The notes under the pieces: model-generated | Seen by the model: the letters and a program-made list of their open reading frames with translations, nothing else | What the model was told of the DNA's origin: nothing | Database searches by the model: none | Source: an uncultured Nitrospiraceae bacterium | GTDB taxonomy: Bacteria > Hydrogenedentota > Hydrogenedentia > Hydrogenedentales > SLHB01 | Assembly (NCBI GenBank): GCA_964493915.1 | Contig: CAZBQH010000254.1 | Coordinates: 1-52,984, forward strand | DNA: 52,984 nt | Direction: 5' to 3' | Made by a program: the position numbers and the translations under genes | Part shown: in pieces, positions 36,647-46,901 of the stretch | How positions within the stretch are numbered: position 1 is the first letter of the stretch | How the letters are laid out: every line of letters begins with the position of its first letter

Positions 36647-36801
36647 TTCCGGCGATTATGGCGTGCCCATCGTTAAGCCCGCGGACAGTTCACGCCTAGC
36701 GGCGCGTGCCCGGGGCGCATGCATCGCAGCGGCCTGTTTTGCAGGGCCGCAATTTTCCGCAGTTTTTGCCCCCGCAACCTCAGAGATCAGCGAGGAGCGT
36801 C

Positions 36802-38253
36802 ATGTCAGACGGACAGAAGCTCGTGATGCCGAGAACCCTCAAGGGGTTCCAGGATCTGTTGCCGGAGGACGTTATTCCCCGGCGCCGCGTGATTCAAACA
36901 ATGGAAGACGTCTTCAGGCGCTACGGTTTTGTGCCCGTCGAGACGCCGGCGCTCGAATACCTTGAGGCGCTTCTTGGCACGGGCGGCGAAGAGACGAATA
37001 AAGAACTCTTCCGGCTCGAAAGCCCGGAGGAAGAAGCCATTGCCCTGCGCTTCGACCAAACCGTCCCTTTTGCGCGGCTCCTTGCGCAATACCCGGAGAG
37101 GCTCAAGATCCCTTTCAGACGTTACGCTGCCGGATCTGTCTGGCGAGCGGACAAGCCAGGTCCCTCCCGGTTCAGAGAGTTCACGCAGGTGGATATTGAC
37201 GTCGCGGGATCGAACGCCGTTGCAGCCGACGCCGAGGTGGTGGCGGTGGTCTGCGACATCATGACCGCCTTAGGCGCGGACAACTATGCGGTGCTCATCA
37301 ACAACCGAAAGATGGTCGATGTGCTCCTCGAAGGTTGCGGCATCAACGACGAGAAACGATCAAAACACGTTCTGCGGGTGATCGACAAGCTCGACAAGGT
37401 TGGAGAGGAGAATGTGCGCAAGGAACTCGGGGCCGGGCGCATGGACGAGTCGGGCGACCCCATTGCAGGGGTAGGCCTTGACGAGATAGTTATCGAGAAG
37501 GTGCTGGCGCTGATTGGCTTGCAGGGCGGTGTCCGTGCAGAGGTTGTGGACCAGATCGAGCAGGCGCTGCCTCCGGGAAAGGCGGCGGAAGCGGCCGTGG
37601 CCGAGATGCGCGAACTGGATGAATGCCTCACGGCCCTTGGCGTCTCCGAGCACCGTGCACCGTTCACGCCGCGGCTCGCGCGAGGCCTCGACTATTACAC
37701 GGGGCCCGTATTCGAACTGGTCTTCCCCCAGGCCCTCGAGTTCGGCTCCTTGGGTGGCGGAGGGCGTTACAACGGTCTCGTGGCGCGTTTTCTAGACAAG
37801 GAAGTGCCGTGCACCGGCTTTGCCTTCGGCATAGACCGTCTCATGGCGGCACTTCGCCAGGCAGGTCTGACAGATGCAGAACGCACGACGGCCCAAGCCT
37901 TAGTCGTTACGATAGGCAAGGTGCCGCCCTGTGAAACCCTCAGGCTGGCCTCCGACCTCCGGCAGGCAGGGGTGCGCACAGAGACTTATTTCGGCGCGAA
38001 GATGAATATGCAGTCCCAGCTTTCCCATGCGGATTTCTATGGGATTCCCGTGGCAGTGATACTCGGCGAGGACGAATTAGCGCGGGGACTGGTCTCGATC
38101 AAGGATCTTGCCGCCGGCAAAAAGCAACGCGAGAGCATCGCCGATCACGAGACGTACCGGAAGGCAGGGCGCGTGACACAAGTGACCGTCGGCCGCGAAG
38201 AGGCGGCTGCTGCGGTAAAAACGATGCTTAGACAGCAAGGGAAACTTGCATAG
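36802..38253 (+). CDS. hisS: Histidyl-tRNA synthetase
   Basis: PRTLKGFQD, ETPALEY, LRFDQTVP, RFREFTQ, LARGLDYYTG, GGGGRY, GFAFGIDR; RBS GAGGAG. Confidence 0.97.
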   Translation: MSDGQKLVMPRTLKGFQDLLPEDVIPRRRVIQTMEDVFRRYGFVPVETPALEYLEALLGTGGEETNKELFRLESPEEEAIALRFDQTVPFARLLAQYPERLKIPFRRYAAGSVWRADKPGPSRFREFTQVDIDVAGSNAVAADAEVVAVVCDIMTALGADNYAVLINNRKMVDVLLEGCGINDEKRSKHVLRVIDKLDKVGEENVRKELGAGRMDESGDPIAGVGLDEIVIEKVLALIGLQGGVRAEVVDQIEQALPPGKAAEAAVAEMRELDECLTALGVSEHRAPFTPRLARGLDYYTGPVFELVFPQALEFGSLGGGGRYNGLVARFLDKEVPCTGFAFGIDRLMAALRQAGLTDAERTTAQALVVTIGKVPPCETLRLASDLRQAGVRTETYFGAKMNMQSQLSHADFYGIPVAVILGEDELARGLVSIKDLAAGKKQRESIADHETYRKAGRVTQVTVGREEAAAAVKTMLRQQGKLA

Positions 38254-38388
38254 CTGCCTCCGCGCCGCGGGTGCTGAACGGGGCTCTTTTGGGACCCGTA
38301 ATCGACCGGTTCCCCTTCACGCTTCGCTGGCTCGCACATGGAATTGTGGCTCATAAGGGCGCGACTGCCAGGCCGTCCGCTTTAACTC

Positions 38389-38418
38389 TTGACGCCAGAC
38401 AAGTTAAGAGTCTATGAT
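38389..38418 (+). promoter_or_regulatory. Putative promoter of the giant surface protein
   Basis: TTGACG-N18-TATGAT. Confidence 0.55.
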
Positions 38419-38648
38419 TCACGTCATTGAAGGCTGTTTTCCCGGTTTGGGGTACAACGCGTGGGAATGTGCCCGCCGCAGGCGAGGCGCCCCTGCCAAC
38501 AGGGGATATCATGAACAATCGAGGGGTAGTTTCCGAAGGCTCCAGCGAGCAAGCGCGCTGGACGCGTCTGTGCTCTTGCCCAAACACGCAGTGGACTCGG
38601 GTCGTCAGGGTACACCACCGAGCATCTAGCAGGAGGAGTGTTGGCGTT

Positions 38649-41600
38649 ATGAAGAAATGTGCAGTTCTGCTCGTTCTGGCCTTGGCCTTTTATGTTGGCT
38701 TCGCCGCAGAGGCCAGGGATGCGAAAGACAATTGCGGTTCTCACTTCTCCCAGCCGCCCGAGGTGCCAGACGCCGCGAGTCTGCTGACGGCGGCAGGTTA
38801 CGAACCGAGCGCCTGCGAGGTGCTTTTGACGTGGTACGAGGCGCCCCCGAGGGGCGGCGGCGACTTGGTGTTCGGTTTCCGGGTCCGAGATGCCCAAGGC
38901 GAGGAATTCACGCTCTGGGCCGACAGTACGGGCGAACTGCTCAACGACGTAGCCCTGTCTCGACTGGGCCTGGTCCAACGGAGCTGGACCCAGGAGCCCC
39001 GGCAGAAGGCTTGCGAGCCGCCTTCGAACCTTTACGCGGCGAAGGCTGTCCCCCAAGTAATGCCGGCGGGGGTGCGGTACTCGGCGGCCCCTTCGCTTTG
39101 TATCGACATGCCTCTCCTCGACGTCGCAGCGCTTCAGGCGGAGAATCCTTCAGGGGACGGCCCCTGCTTCCACGCAGAGCGCATCGGCGTGACCCAGCAG
39201 ATGCCGGAAAGCCTTGTCCTATCAGGTGGGAGAGCATTCCAAGGCGCGTGGCAGTCCGTAGGGGGTGGCCGGCTCTGGGCGGCAACCATCCAAGCCGCGG
39301 ACGCGGTGGCGCAACGTATTCACTTCCAGAAACTCGCCCTGCCGGCGGGTGTTCAGGTGCTTGTCTACGACGCTGCCGATCCCGGCGAGGTCTATGGTCC
39401 TTATACCGGTCCTTACGGAGACGACAGCGACCTCTGGAGCGCCGCTTGTTTCTCTCAGGAAGTGACCGTCGAGTGTTTCGCTCCTGCAGGTACAAACCTT
39501 GCGGGTCTGGAAGTAGTTATAGACCAGACGCTTTTCATCTATGCCGACTTGAACAACCTAGCCGCCGCGAAACAGGCCGGCGACTGTCATAACGACTTGA
39601 CCTGTTTCCCCGAGTGGGCGGAGACGGCCACCGGCGTAGGCGGCATATCCTTCGTCGCTGACGGGCAAGGCCTTTGGTGCACAGGCAGCCTGATCGCCGA
39701 CACGGACCCGTCGACGCGCGTGCCGCTGTATCTCACGGCGAACCATTGCGTCTCGACGCAAGAGGCGGCGGCGACCATCGCGTTCTTTTGGCTGTGGCAG
39801 ACCAGTGTATGCGACGGCGACCCGCCCGATATTGCGACAGTGCCGCGCACGACGGGCGGCGCGACGTTCCTTGTTGGCTCGGTGTCTGTCTTGAGCGAGA
39901 CCGAAGACCCTGGGGTGGACCTGACCCTCTTGCGCATGCGGCAGAGCCCGCCCAGCAATCTGGCGTTTCTGGGCTGGAACACCCAACCTTGGCCGTTGGG
40001 AACAGACACGACCTGCATCCACCACCCGTCTGGTGATTACAAACGAATCAGCTTCGGCGTCTTGTCCGCACGTGGCATCTGTTTTCCAGTACCCCCGTCC
40101 GACCTCTACTGGGAGGTTACCTGGCAGTCGGGCGTGACCGAGACAGGATCTTCCGGCAGCCCTCTTATGCTCTCGGACACGCAGGAGATAATCGGACAGC
40201 TCTGTTGCGGCTGTTCCTCCTGCGATCTGCCGGACCAAACGGATTTCTACGGCCGTTTCGACAAGAGCTGGCCGGTGGTAGAGCCCTTCCTCGGCGACTA
40301 TGACGGCGACGGCATCCCCGATTCGGTCGAAGGCGACGGCGATGCGGACGGCGACGGCATTCCGAATTATCAGGACACGGATTCGGACGGCGACGGCATT
40401 CCGGACAGCGCCGAAGGGACGGCCGACCTGGACGGAGACGGCATCCCGAACTACCTTGATCTCGACTCAGACGGCGACGGCGTTCCGGACAGTGAAGACG
40501 TGTTCATCATCTATGTTGACAAGAGCAACACGTCAGGAAATGAGGACGGACTGTCGTGGGCAACTGCTTTCACGACGCTTCAGGAAGGCGTGGACCTGGC
40601 CCAGGGTTTTCTGCTGTCTGAGGTTTGGGTAGGCGCAGGCGTTTACGACGAGGCGCGTGCCGCGACGGACGCGTCCGGCGCCTTGGTCCTTTACGAGCGC
40701 GTCAATATGTATGGCGGATTCGAGGGGAACGAGGTTCTTCGAGATCAACGCGACTGGGAGAACAATGTTACGGTCATCGACGGCGGAACAGCTCGCAATA
40801 GCCAGCCGGCTTACCATGTCGTGATTGGCGCCGACGACGCCCGCCTGGACGGATTCACAATTCGCGGGGGTCATGCGACAGGTGCAGACGGCGCCGAAAC
40901 AGGCTTGGGCGGCGGGATACTAAACGTCGCGGCCTCGCCCATTGTGGCGAATTGCCTGTTGGAGGGGAATCAGGCGGTCGAGGGCGGCGCAATGTACAAT
41001 GCAAATGGTGCCGCACCGCAGATCGTCGAGACAGCTTTCCGGAGTAACCGTGCCGACATGGGCGGCGCCATGGCGAACCATGCTGCAGCTCCCTTGCTCA
41101 TCGACGTGCTTTTCGACGCCAATGAGGCGCAGCAGGGTGGTGCTGTAAGCGAGATCGCTGGAAGTGCAGGCCGCTATACCAGCTGCCGGTTCATGGACAA
41201 CGCCGCATCCCTGGGCGGCGTCCTCTATGCCGACAACGGTTCCCCCGTTGTTGAGCAATCAACTTTCGAGGAGAACTCAGCGATATCAGGGGGCGGCGCG
41301 TTGTTTGCTACAGGCAATGCCGTGCTGGAGGTCAACCAGAGCATCTTCAAGGTGAACAACGTTTCGCTCGGCGACGGAGGGGCCGGGATGATCCGTTCCG
41401 GAGCGGCATTGAACTTGAACGGGTCCCGGATTGAACACAACGAGGCCGACAACGGCGGCGCCTTCCGCGTGCTCGACGCTACGCTTGATGCTGCCGAAAC
41501 GTCTTTCACCGGCAACCAGGCGCAGAATGCCGGCGCTATCGATGCCGAGGCGGCCGCGATCAACCTCACACGCTGCTATTTCTCGGGTAATGAGACTACA

Positions 41601-44600
41601 TTGGGGCAAGGAGGGGGCGGGGCCGTTCATAGCCGCGGCGGAACACGTGCAACGATTGCACGCAGCACTTTCGTATCCAACTCGGCCTTGGGCGACGGCG
41701 GCGCGCTGTGCAACAACGACGCGTTGGTCGACATAACTAACAGCGTGTTCGCGCTGAATCTCGGCCAGCGTGGCGGCGCCTCTTTCAGCACGCAAGCAAG
41801 CATCGAGATCGTTAACAGCTCATTTTCTGGCAATGCGGCGCAACCCGGTTGGGAAGGCGGGGCGCTCCATATGCTCGATGCGACGGGCGAGATCCGCAAC
41901 AGCATTTTCTGGGGCAACAGCCCTGAGCAGATCTTCAGCGACGAAAACAGCTCGACTGTGGTCGAGTACACTGACATTCAAGGCGGCTTCGCAGGCGCCG
42001 GCAATATGAGCCAGGACCCGCTCTTTGTGAACGCGGCTGGAGGGGACTTGCGCATCCTTGCAGGCTCGCCGGTTATAGACCGTGCTACCGAACCTGCGCC
42101 GCCTTATGATCTCCCCGGAGTACCTAGACCTCAAGGCGCGGCCCCGGATATGGGCGCCTTCGAGAACGCAGGACCCGACACAGACCTGGACGGACTGCCC
42201 GACGGCCTCGAGGCTGGAGAAGGCACCGACCCGGCAGTTCAGGATGCAGCCTTGGGAATTACCCTCGATGCCCCAAGCGACAATGCCCATTTCCGCGCTG
42301 TCCCAATCAGTTTCATCGGCACGGTCGAGAGTGCCAATATTCTGGACGTACGGCTCAGCACGGACGGGGGAGCTACGTTTACCGAGCTCTGCAATTTGGA
42401 CGGCCTGACTTGGGCGCGCCTCTGGACACCTCCGGGTCCTGGTGTCTATGTCGTCCAAGCACAGGCGCTCAACCGTTTTGGCGGCTCGACCGTGAGCGAC
42501 ATGGTTACGGTCCACTATGACCCCGGCCTACCGGCCGCGGCGATCAGTTCTCCGTCTCGCAACCAACATATCCAAGGCGCCGTGCCGATCCGCGGCACAG
42601 CCAGTTCAGGTCCCTTTGGCTTCGGGCATTATGCCCTCGATTTCGGCTTGGGCGCCGACCCAGCGGCGGTGACGCAATGGACTTCGCTGGCGGCGTCGTA
42701 TGTGCCGGTCGACGAGGGTCTGTTGCTCGACGCTTGGGACGTGTCCACCCTTACGGACGGTTTCTATGTCTTGCGCCTCCAGGTGCTTGACGAGACCCAT
42801 CTGAAAAGGGTCGAGACGACCATGCCGGTCATCGTTGACAGCGACATGACGGCTCCGGCGCCCCCGGGCGAGATAGCTATACGAGGCGATAGACTGCCCT
42901 TTATGGTGACCAGTGGGAATACGGTCCATGTCACGGGCTTGGCCCCGGCAGGAGCCGTGCTCGCACATGCTACGTTACTGGACAGCGACCGGCTCGCTCT
43001 CGAAGACATCACCCCCATGCTGACAGTACACGGCAACGGAAGCTTGCGAGGGAGTTTCATCGTGCCTGAAGCCCTCGTAACAACCGCTCTCTCCATCGAG
43101 GTGGTCGTGAAAGATGCCATGGGCCATCTCTCAGCGCCCAAGCAGTCCAACACGCTTCTGGTGGATAATGCTCCGCCTACGGTTACCATCGCGTATCCGG
43201 AAAACGGGGCGATGGTCCCTCTGGCCCCGGGCACAATCTATGGTTCCGCCCTCGAGAACGGCCCGGCGGGGCTTGACGAGGTGTCCGTCTCCATTGACGG
43301 CGTAGACGGCATCGCACAGGGCACGGAATACTGGTCCTTCTCCTGGACCCCTTCGTCGACGGGAACGAAAACGGTTGCGGTTACGGCCACGGACGTTCTG
43401 GGCAACAGCACGACAAAGATTGTCCAATGCGGCGTTAATGACACGTACCCAGCGGCTTACCTGACCATTCCCAATCACGGAATGGTTCTCAACGAAGGGC
43501 AAGTGCTCGAGATTACCGGTACCGCGCAGGATCCGGTCGATTTCGTGGGCTACGGCGTACGGATCGCGCCGGGAGCAGACAGCTCGGGCCCATGGACCAA
43601 TCTTACGGAGTGGCTGGAAACGACCGCGGTTGTTGACGATGTCTTGGCCACGTGGGACACGACAGGCCAGCCCCTCGGGCTCTACACCATCCAATTACTG
43701 GCGGTGGACAACGGCGACCACAATGTCGTTATCAACGTGGTGGTTCAGCTCCGCTCCCGGCTGAGCCTGGCCGGCTTACCGGATATCATCCTTCTGGTAA
43801 ATGAGAAAAGCCTGGGCGACATCCACTTGCCGGACTATACGACGTTTCTCGCTCCCCCTGCACCCGGAGCTGTAGGACCCATCAGCTACTCGATTGTGAA
43901 CGTCACGGACCCGTTTGTCGACGTCGCCATTGATGTGAACAACGATGTCAACATCCGGCCGGCACCTAACTGGGTCGGTTCGGCAGCAGTAACCGTACGG
44001 GCCACCGACGGCATCTATGCAAGCGAGGACACGTTCAATGTGATCGCCTTCTCAACGCGAAACCCGGACAGCGATCTCGACGGCATCCCGGACAACCTCG
44101 AGGGATCGGAGGATGCCGACGGCGACGGCATACCCAACTACCTGGATGCCGACTCGGACGGCGACGGCATCATTGACGGCGTCGAAGGTCTGGGCGATGT
44201 GGATGGCGACGGCATCCCGAACGTTTTCGACCTGGATTCCGACGGCGACGGCATCCCTGACGAGGTCGAGGGCGTCGTCGATGTAGATGGCGACGGCATC
44301 CCGAACTTCCTGGATATGGACTCCGACGGCGACGGCATCGGGGACGCGGTCGAGGGAACCGTTGACAGCGATGGCGACGGCACGCCGGACTACCTCGATG
44401 CCGACTCCGATAACGACGGCATAGCAGACGCCGTCGAGGGCTCTGGCGACGCCGACGATGATGGAATCCCCAATTATCTCGACCTGGATTCCGACGGCGA
44501 CGGCATTCCTGACGAGGTCGAGGGCGCAGGCGACACCGACATGGACGGCGTGCGCAATTTCCTCGATACTGACTCCGACGGCGACGGCATCGATGACGAA

Positions 44601-46781
44601 GTCGAAGGAACAGACGATCCTGACGGCGACGGCATTCCCAATTACCTCGACGCCGACGCCGACGGCGACGGCATTCGCGACGAAACCGAAGGCGCAGGCG
44701 ACACCGACGAAGACGGCATTCCCAACTACCTTGACACCGACTCGGATGCCGACGGGATCCCTGACGAAGTCGAAGGATCGGCCGATATAGACGACGATGG
44801 TCTGCCCAACTTCATCGATGACGATTCCGACGGCGACGACATACCCGATGAAACCGAGGGCCTGGTCGATACCGATGGGGACGGTGTTCCGAACTACCTG
44901 GATACCGACTCCGATGGCGACGGTATACCTGACGGCGCCGAGGGGACGGATGACGCCGATGGCGACGGCATTCCGAATTACCTCGACGGCGACAGCGACG
45001 GCGACGGCATATCCGACGAGCTCGAGGGAACGGATGACGCCGATGGCGACAGCATCCCAAACTACCTTGACGAAGACAGCGACGGCGACGGGATCCTGGA
45101 CATCGACGAAGGCATCGACGATGTTGACGGGGACGGAGCGCCCAACTATCTCGATGGAGATAGCGATGATGACGGCCTGCTTGACATGGACGAACTGGCC
45201 CTCGGAACGGATGCCTACAACCCTGATACAGACGGCGACGGCATCACGGACGCTCTCGAGCTCACTTATGGGACCAACCCTCTCGAACCGGATACGGCGC
45301 CTTCCTTGGCCGTTACGCCGGATGCGCGCGACGTAGGTGCACGAACTGGCTCGACAACATTTGACGTCATGAACGCGGGCGACGGCGTGTTGACGTGGAC
45401 TGCCCAAGTGATCGACGGCAAGTCGTGGCTTCGGATTCTTACCGGGGCAAGTGGGCAGAATGATGGGGTCATCACGTTGAGCTTCTCCGACAATACGCTC
45501 ACAACCGAGCGGATTGGCACAGTCCAAGTGGAGCCCATCAATGAAGCGCTCGGCGATCCCATCATCGTCAGCGTTGCTCAAACGGCCTGCGTGATACCGG
45601 CGGCCCCGGCTACGGTCTCGGCTTCTGACGGAACCTTCCCAGACCGGGTCCGGGTAACCTGGAGCCTGGTTGAGGACGCAGACAGCTATCTTGTGTATCG
45701 GGCCACAACGGATGAGCCGGCGGATGCGATCCTACTGACGGTCGCACCTGTCCTAGGCACAAGCTTCGACGACACTTCGGCGGCCAGCCCGAGCACCGGG
45801 GCGGGTTGCTTCCCGCAGCCCGTGACCACAACCTACCGTTACTGGGTCGTGGCGCAGAGTCCGTGCGGCTCGAGCCCGTTGACCGTTTCAGACACGGGTT
45901 TTGTAGGCAATGAAGAAAGCGACAAGGTCTATGCCAAGGTCTTGCCGTCTGTAAAACTCGAGAATGGGCTGATAGCCGTTCAACCCGATTCGGCACTGGC
46001 CATCCGCTTGCGTGCCGACAATACCATCGATCCAGCGAGCGTGTGGGGCGTTGTGAGTTCCTCGACGTTGGTGTCGGAAGCCGTCGTCTGGGTCCCGACG
46101 ATCGCTGAACCGCTTACGGACGGCTGGGTAGTTTACCAGCCCGAAACAGCGTGGCCGGTCGGCGAGGTTGTCACGATGACGGCCGGCGGGGCTCTGGCCG
46201 ACGGGACGCCCCTCGTTCCCATCGCCTACGAGTTCGAAGTAGTGGAAGACGCGGCGGCGGTGCAGCCCATCTGGCAGCCGCCACACAGCGAGATCGGGGA
46301 CGGTCTGGCGCTTAAAGACCAGGCCAATCTGGTCGTGGTCAGCGAGCAGGTCCAAGAGGGATTGGCCCTCCTCGACGCGGCGGTTGGACCGGCCTATTGG
46401 ATCGGACCCGAAGAGGTCTTCATGACGCCGCAGCAAGTATGGCTGCCAGTCCCTGAAGACGTGAATCCCGAGAGGATTCAGGTGTTCTACCATCTTGAAG
46501 GCGAGACGCCCAAGTGGCATCCCGCCGAGGACGTCGAGGGCCTGTTGGCTGCCCAGGATTACCTTGTGCTCGACGTCAACGGGGTAGCATACCTCGGGTT
46601 CGTGGTGGAGCACGGCGGCGTCATGCAGCTCGGACTTCCGATGGAAAGCAGCACAGCGCCCGCACCGGCGTCGTCCCTGCCCATGCGTCCCGCCAAGGGA
46701 GACCTGCTGCTGCTCGGATGTGTGATCGCCGTCCTCTTCCTAGTAAGTTGGAAGCGCGACAAGACGCGTATTACTCGCTAA
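38649..46781 (+). CDS. Giant (~2710 aa) cell-surface multidomain serine protease: lysyl-endopeptidase-like S1 domain, TSP3-like Ca-binding repeats, beta-helix, Ig-like, BACON and FN3 domains, C-terminal TM anchor
   Basis: RBS AGGAGGAG and signal [22 protein letters not shown]; CTGSLI, TANHC, DLTLLR, IHHP.GDYKRIS, GSSGSP; GGA-x-N beta-helix repeats; [22 protein letters not shown]; DxDxDG arrays; C-terminal [20 protein letters not shown]. Confidence 0.9.
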   Translation: MKKCAVLLVLALAFYVGFAAEARDAKDNCGSHFSQPPEVPDAASLLTAAGYEPSACEVLLTWYEAPPRGGGDLVFGFRVRDAQGEEFTLWADSTGELLNDVALSRLGLVQRSWTQEPRQKACEPPSNLYAAKAVPQVMPAGVRYSAAPSLCIDMPLLDVAALQAENPSGDGPCFHAERIGVTQQMPESLVLSGGRAFQGAWQSVGGGRLWAATIQAADAVAQRIHFQKLALPAGVQVLVYDAADPGEVYGPYTGPYGDDSDLWSAACFSQEVTVECFAPAGTNLAGLEVVIDQTLFIYADLNNLAAAKQAGDCHNDLTCFPEWAETATGVGGISFVADGQGLWCTGSLIADTDPSTRVPLYLTANHCVSTQEAAATIAFFWLWQTSVCDGDPPDIATVPRTTGGATFLVGSVSVLSETEDPGVDLTLLRMRQSPPSNLAFLGWNTQPWPLGTDTTCIHHPSGDYKRISFGVLSARGICFPVPPSDLYWEVTWQSGVTETGSSGSPLMLSDTQEIIGQLCCGCSSCDLPDQTDFYGRFDKSWPVVEPFLGDYDGDGIPDSVEGDGDADGDGIPNYQDTDSDGDGIPDSAEGTADLDGDGIPNYLDLDSDGDGVPDSEDVFIIYVDKSNTSGNEDGLSWATAFTTLQEGVDLAQGFLLSEVWVGAGVYDEARAATDASGALVLYERVNMYGGFEGNEVLRDQRDWENNVTVIDGGTARNSQPAYHVVIGADDARLDGFTIRGGHATGADGAETGLGGGILNVAASPIVANCLLEGNQAVEGGAMYNANGAAPQIVETAFRSNRADMGGAMANHAAAPLLIDVLFDANEAQQGGAVSEIAGSAGRYTSCRFMDNAASLGGVLYADNGSPVVEQSTFEENSAISGGGALFATGNAVLEVNQSIFKVNNVSLGDGGAGMIRSGAALNLNGSRIEHNEADNGGAFRVLDATLDAAETSFTGNQAQNAGAIDAEAAAINLTRCYFSGNETTLGQGGGGAVHSRGGTRATIARSTFVSNSALGDGGALCNNDALVDITNSVFALNLGQRGGASFSTQASIEIVNSSFSGNAAQPGWEGGALHMLDATGEIRNSIFWGNSPEQIFSDENSSTVVEYTDIQGGFAGAGNMSQDPLFVNAAGGDLRILAGSPVIDRATEPAPPYDLPGVPRPQGAAPDMGAFENAGPDTDLDGLPDGLEAGEGTDPAVQDAALGITLDAPSDNAHFRAVPISFIGTVESANILDVRLSTDGGATFTELCNLDGLTWARLWTPPGPGVYVVQAQALNRFGGSTVSDMVTVHYDPGLPAAAISSPSRNQHIQGAVPIRGTASSGPFGFGHYALDFGLGADPAAVTQWTSLAASYVPVDEGLLLDAWDVSTLTDGFYVLRLQVLDETHLKRVETTMPVIVDSDMTAPAPPGEIAIRGDRLPFMVTSGNTVHVTGLAPAGAVLAHATLLDSDRLALEDITPMLTVHGNGSLRGSFIVPEALVTTALSIEVVVKDAMGHLSAPKQSNTLLVDNAPPTVTIAYPENGAMVPLAPGTIYGSALENGPAGLDEVSVSIDGVDGIAQGTEYWSFSWTPSSTGTKTVAVTATDVLGNSTTKIVQCGVNDTYPAAYLTIPNHGMVLNEGQVLEITGTAQDPVDFVGYGVRIAPGADSSGPWTNLTEWLETTAVVDDVLATWDTTGQPLGLYTIQLLAVDNGDHNVVINVVVQLRSRLSLAGLPDIILLVNEKSLGDIHLPDYTTFLAPPAPGAVGPISYSIVNVTDPFVDVAIDVNNDVNIRPAPNWVGSAAVTVRATDGIYASEDTFNVIAFSTRNPDSDLDGIPDNLEGSEDADGDGIPNYLDADSDGDGIIDGVEGLGDVDGDGIPNVFDLDSDGDGIPDEVEGVVDVDGDGIPNFLDMDSDGDGIGDAVEGTVDSDGDGTPDYLDADSDNDGIADAVEGSGDADDDGIPNYLDLDSDGDGIPDEVEGAGDTDMDGVRNFLDTDSDGDGIDDEVEGTDDPDGDGIPNYLDADADGDGIRDETEGAGDTDEDGIPNYLDTDSDADGIPDEVEGSADIDDDGLPNFIDDDSDGDDIPDETEGLVDTDGDGVPNYLDTDSDGDGIPDGAEGTDDADGDGIPNYLDGDSDGDGISDELEGTDDADGDSIPNYLDEDSDGDGILDIDEGIDDVDGDGAPNYLDGDSDDDGLLDMDELALGTDAYNPDTDGDGITDALELTYGTNPLEPDTAPSLAVTPDARDVGARTGSTTFDVMNAGDGVLTWTAQVIDGKSWLRILTGASGQNDGVITLSFSDNTLTTERIGTVQVEPINEALGDPIIVSVAQTACVIPAAPATVSASDGTFPDRVRVTWSLVEDADSYLVYRATTDEPADAILLTVAPVLGTSFDDTSAASPSTGAGCFPQPVTTTYRYWVVAQSPCGSSPLTVSDTGFVGNEESDKVYAKVLPSVKLENGLIAVQPDSALAIRLRADNTIDPASVWGVVSSSTLVSEAVVWVPTIAEPLTDGWVVYQPETAWPVGEVVTMTAGGALADGTPLVPIAYEFEVVEDAAAVQPIWQPPHSEIGDGLALKDQANLVVVSEQVQEGLALLDAAVGPAYWIGPEEVFMTPQQVWLPVPEDVNPERIQVFYHLEGETPKWHPAEDVEGLLAAQDYLVLDVNGVAYLGFVVEHGGVMQLGLPMESSTAPAPASSLPMRPAKGDLLLLGCVIAVLFLVSWKRDKTRITR
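40296..40499 (+). repeat. Coding 84-bp (28-aa) DxDGDG repeat, 2 full units plus partial
   Basis: [28 protein letters not shown] / [28 protein letters not shown] / [12 protein letters not shown]. Confidence 0.9.
44067..45158 (+). repeat. Coding tandem array of 13 x 84 bp (28-aa TSP3-like Ca-binding units)
   Basis: Unit [28 protein letters not shown] counted 13 times with no indels; 13x84=1092 bp matches coordinates. Confidence 0.95.
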
Positions 46782-46790
46782 AAGCCGAAT

Positions 46791-46838
46791 AAGAGCCCCG
46801 GATCAGTCCTATCTTGACGGGTCCGGGGCTCTTTATTT
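46791..46838. terminator. Intrinsic terminator, probably bidirectional
   Basis: 12-bp stem AAGAGCCCCGGA/TCCGGGGCTCTT followed by TATTT, between convergent genes. Confidence 0.85.
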
Positions 46839-46901
46839 GTAGACCCGACGGGGAAATGAGCCGAAGGGCAAAGTGCTTCTATCGTCTGTCCGCTTGGGCC
46901 A

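Noticed and set aside
38427-38648. 74-codon in-frame N-terminal extension of the giant ORF
   Set aside because: A strong RBS and a clean signal peptide begin at ATG 38649; the extension looks like untranslated leader (ATG 38511 not fully excluded)
44067-45158. Regular repeat array as a possible CRISPR
   Set aside because: 84-bp in-frame coding units with synonymous divergence; no constant repeat with unique spacers and no cas genes
44052-45581. 509-aa Val/Ala/Ile-rich minus-strand ORF
   Set aside because: Antisense shadow of the Asp/Gly codon repeats of the giant protein; no RBS or independent motif
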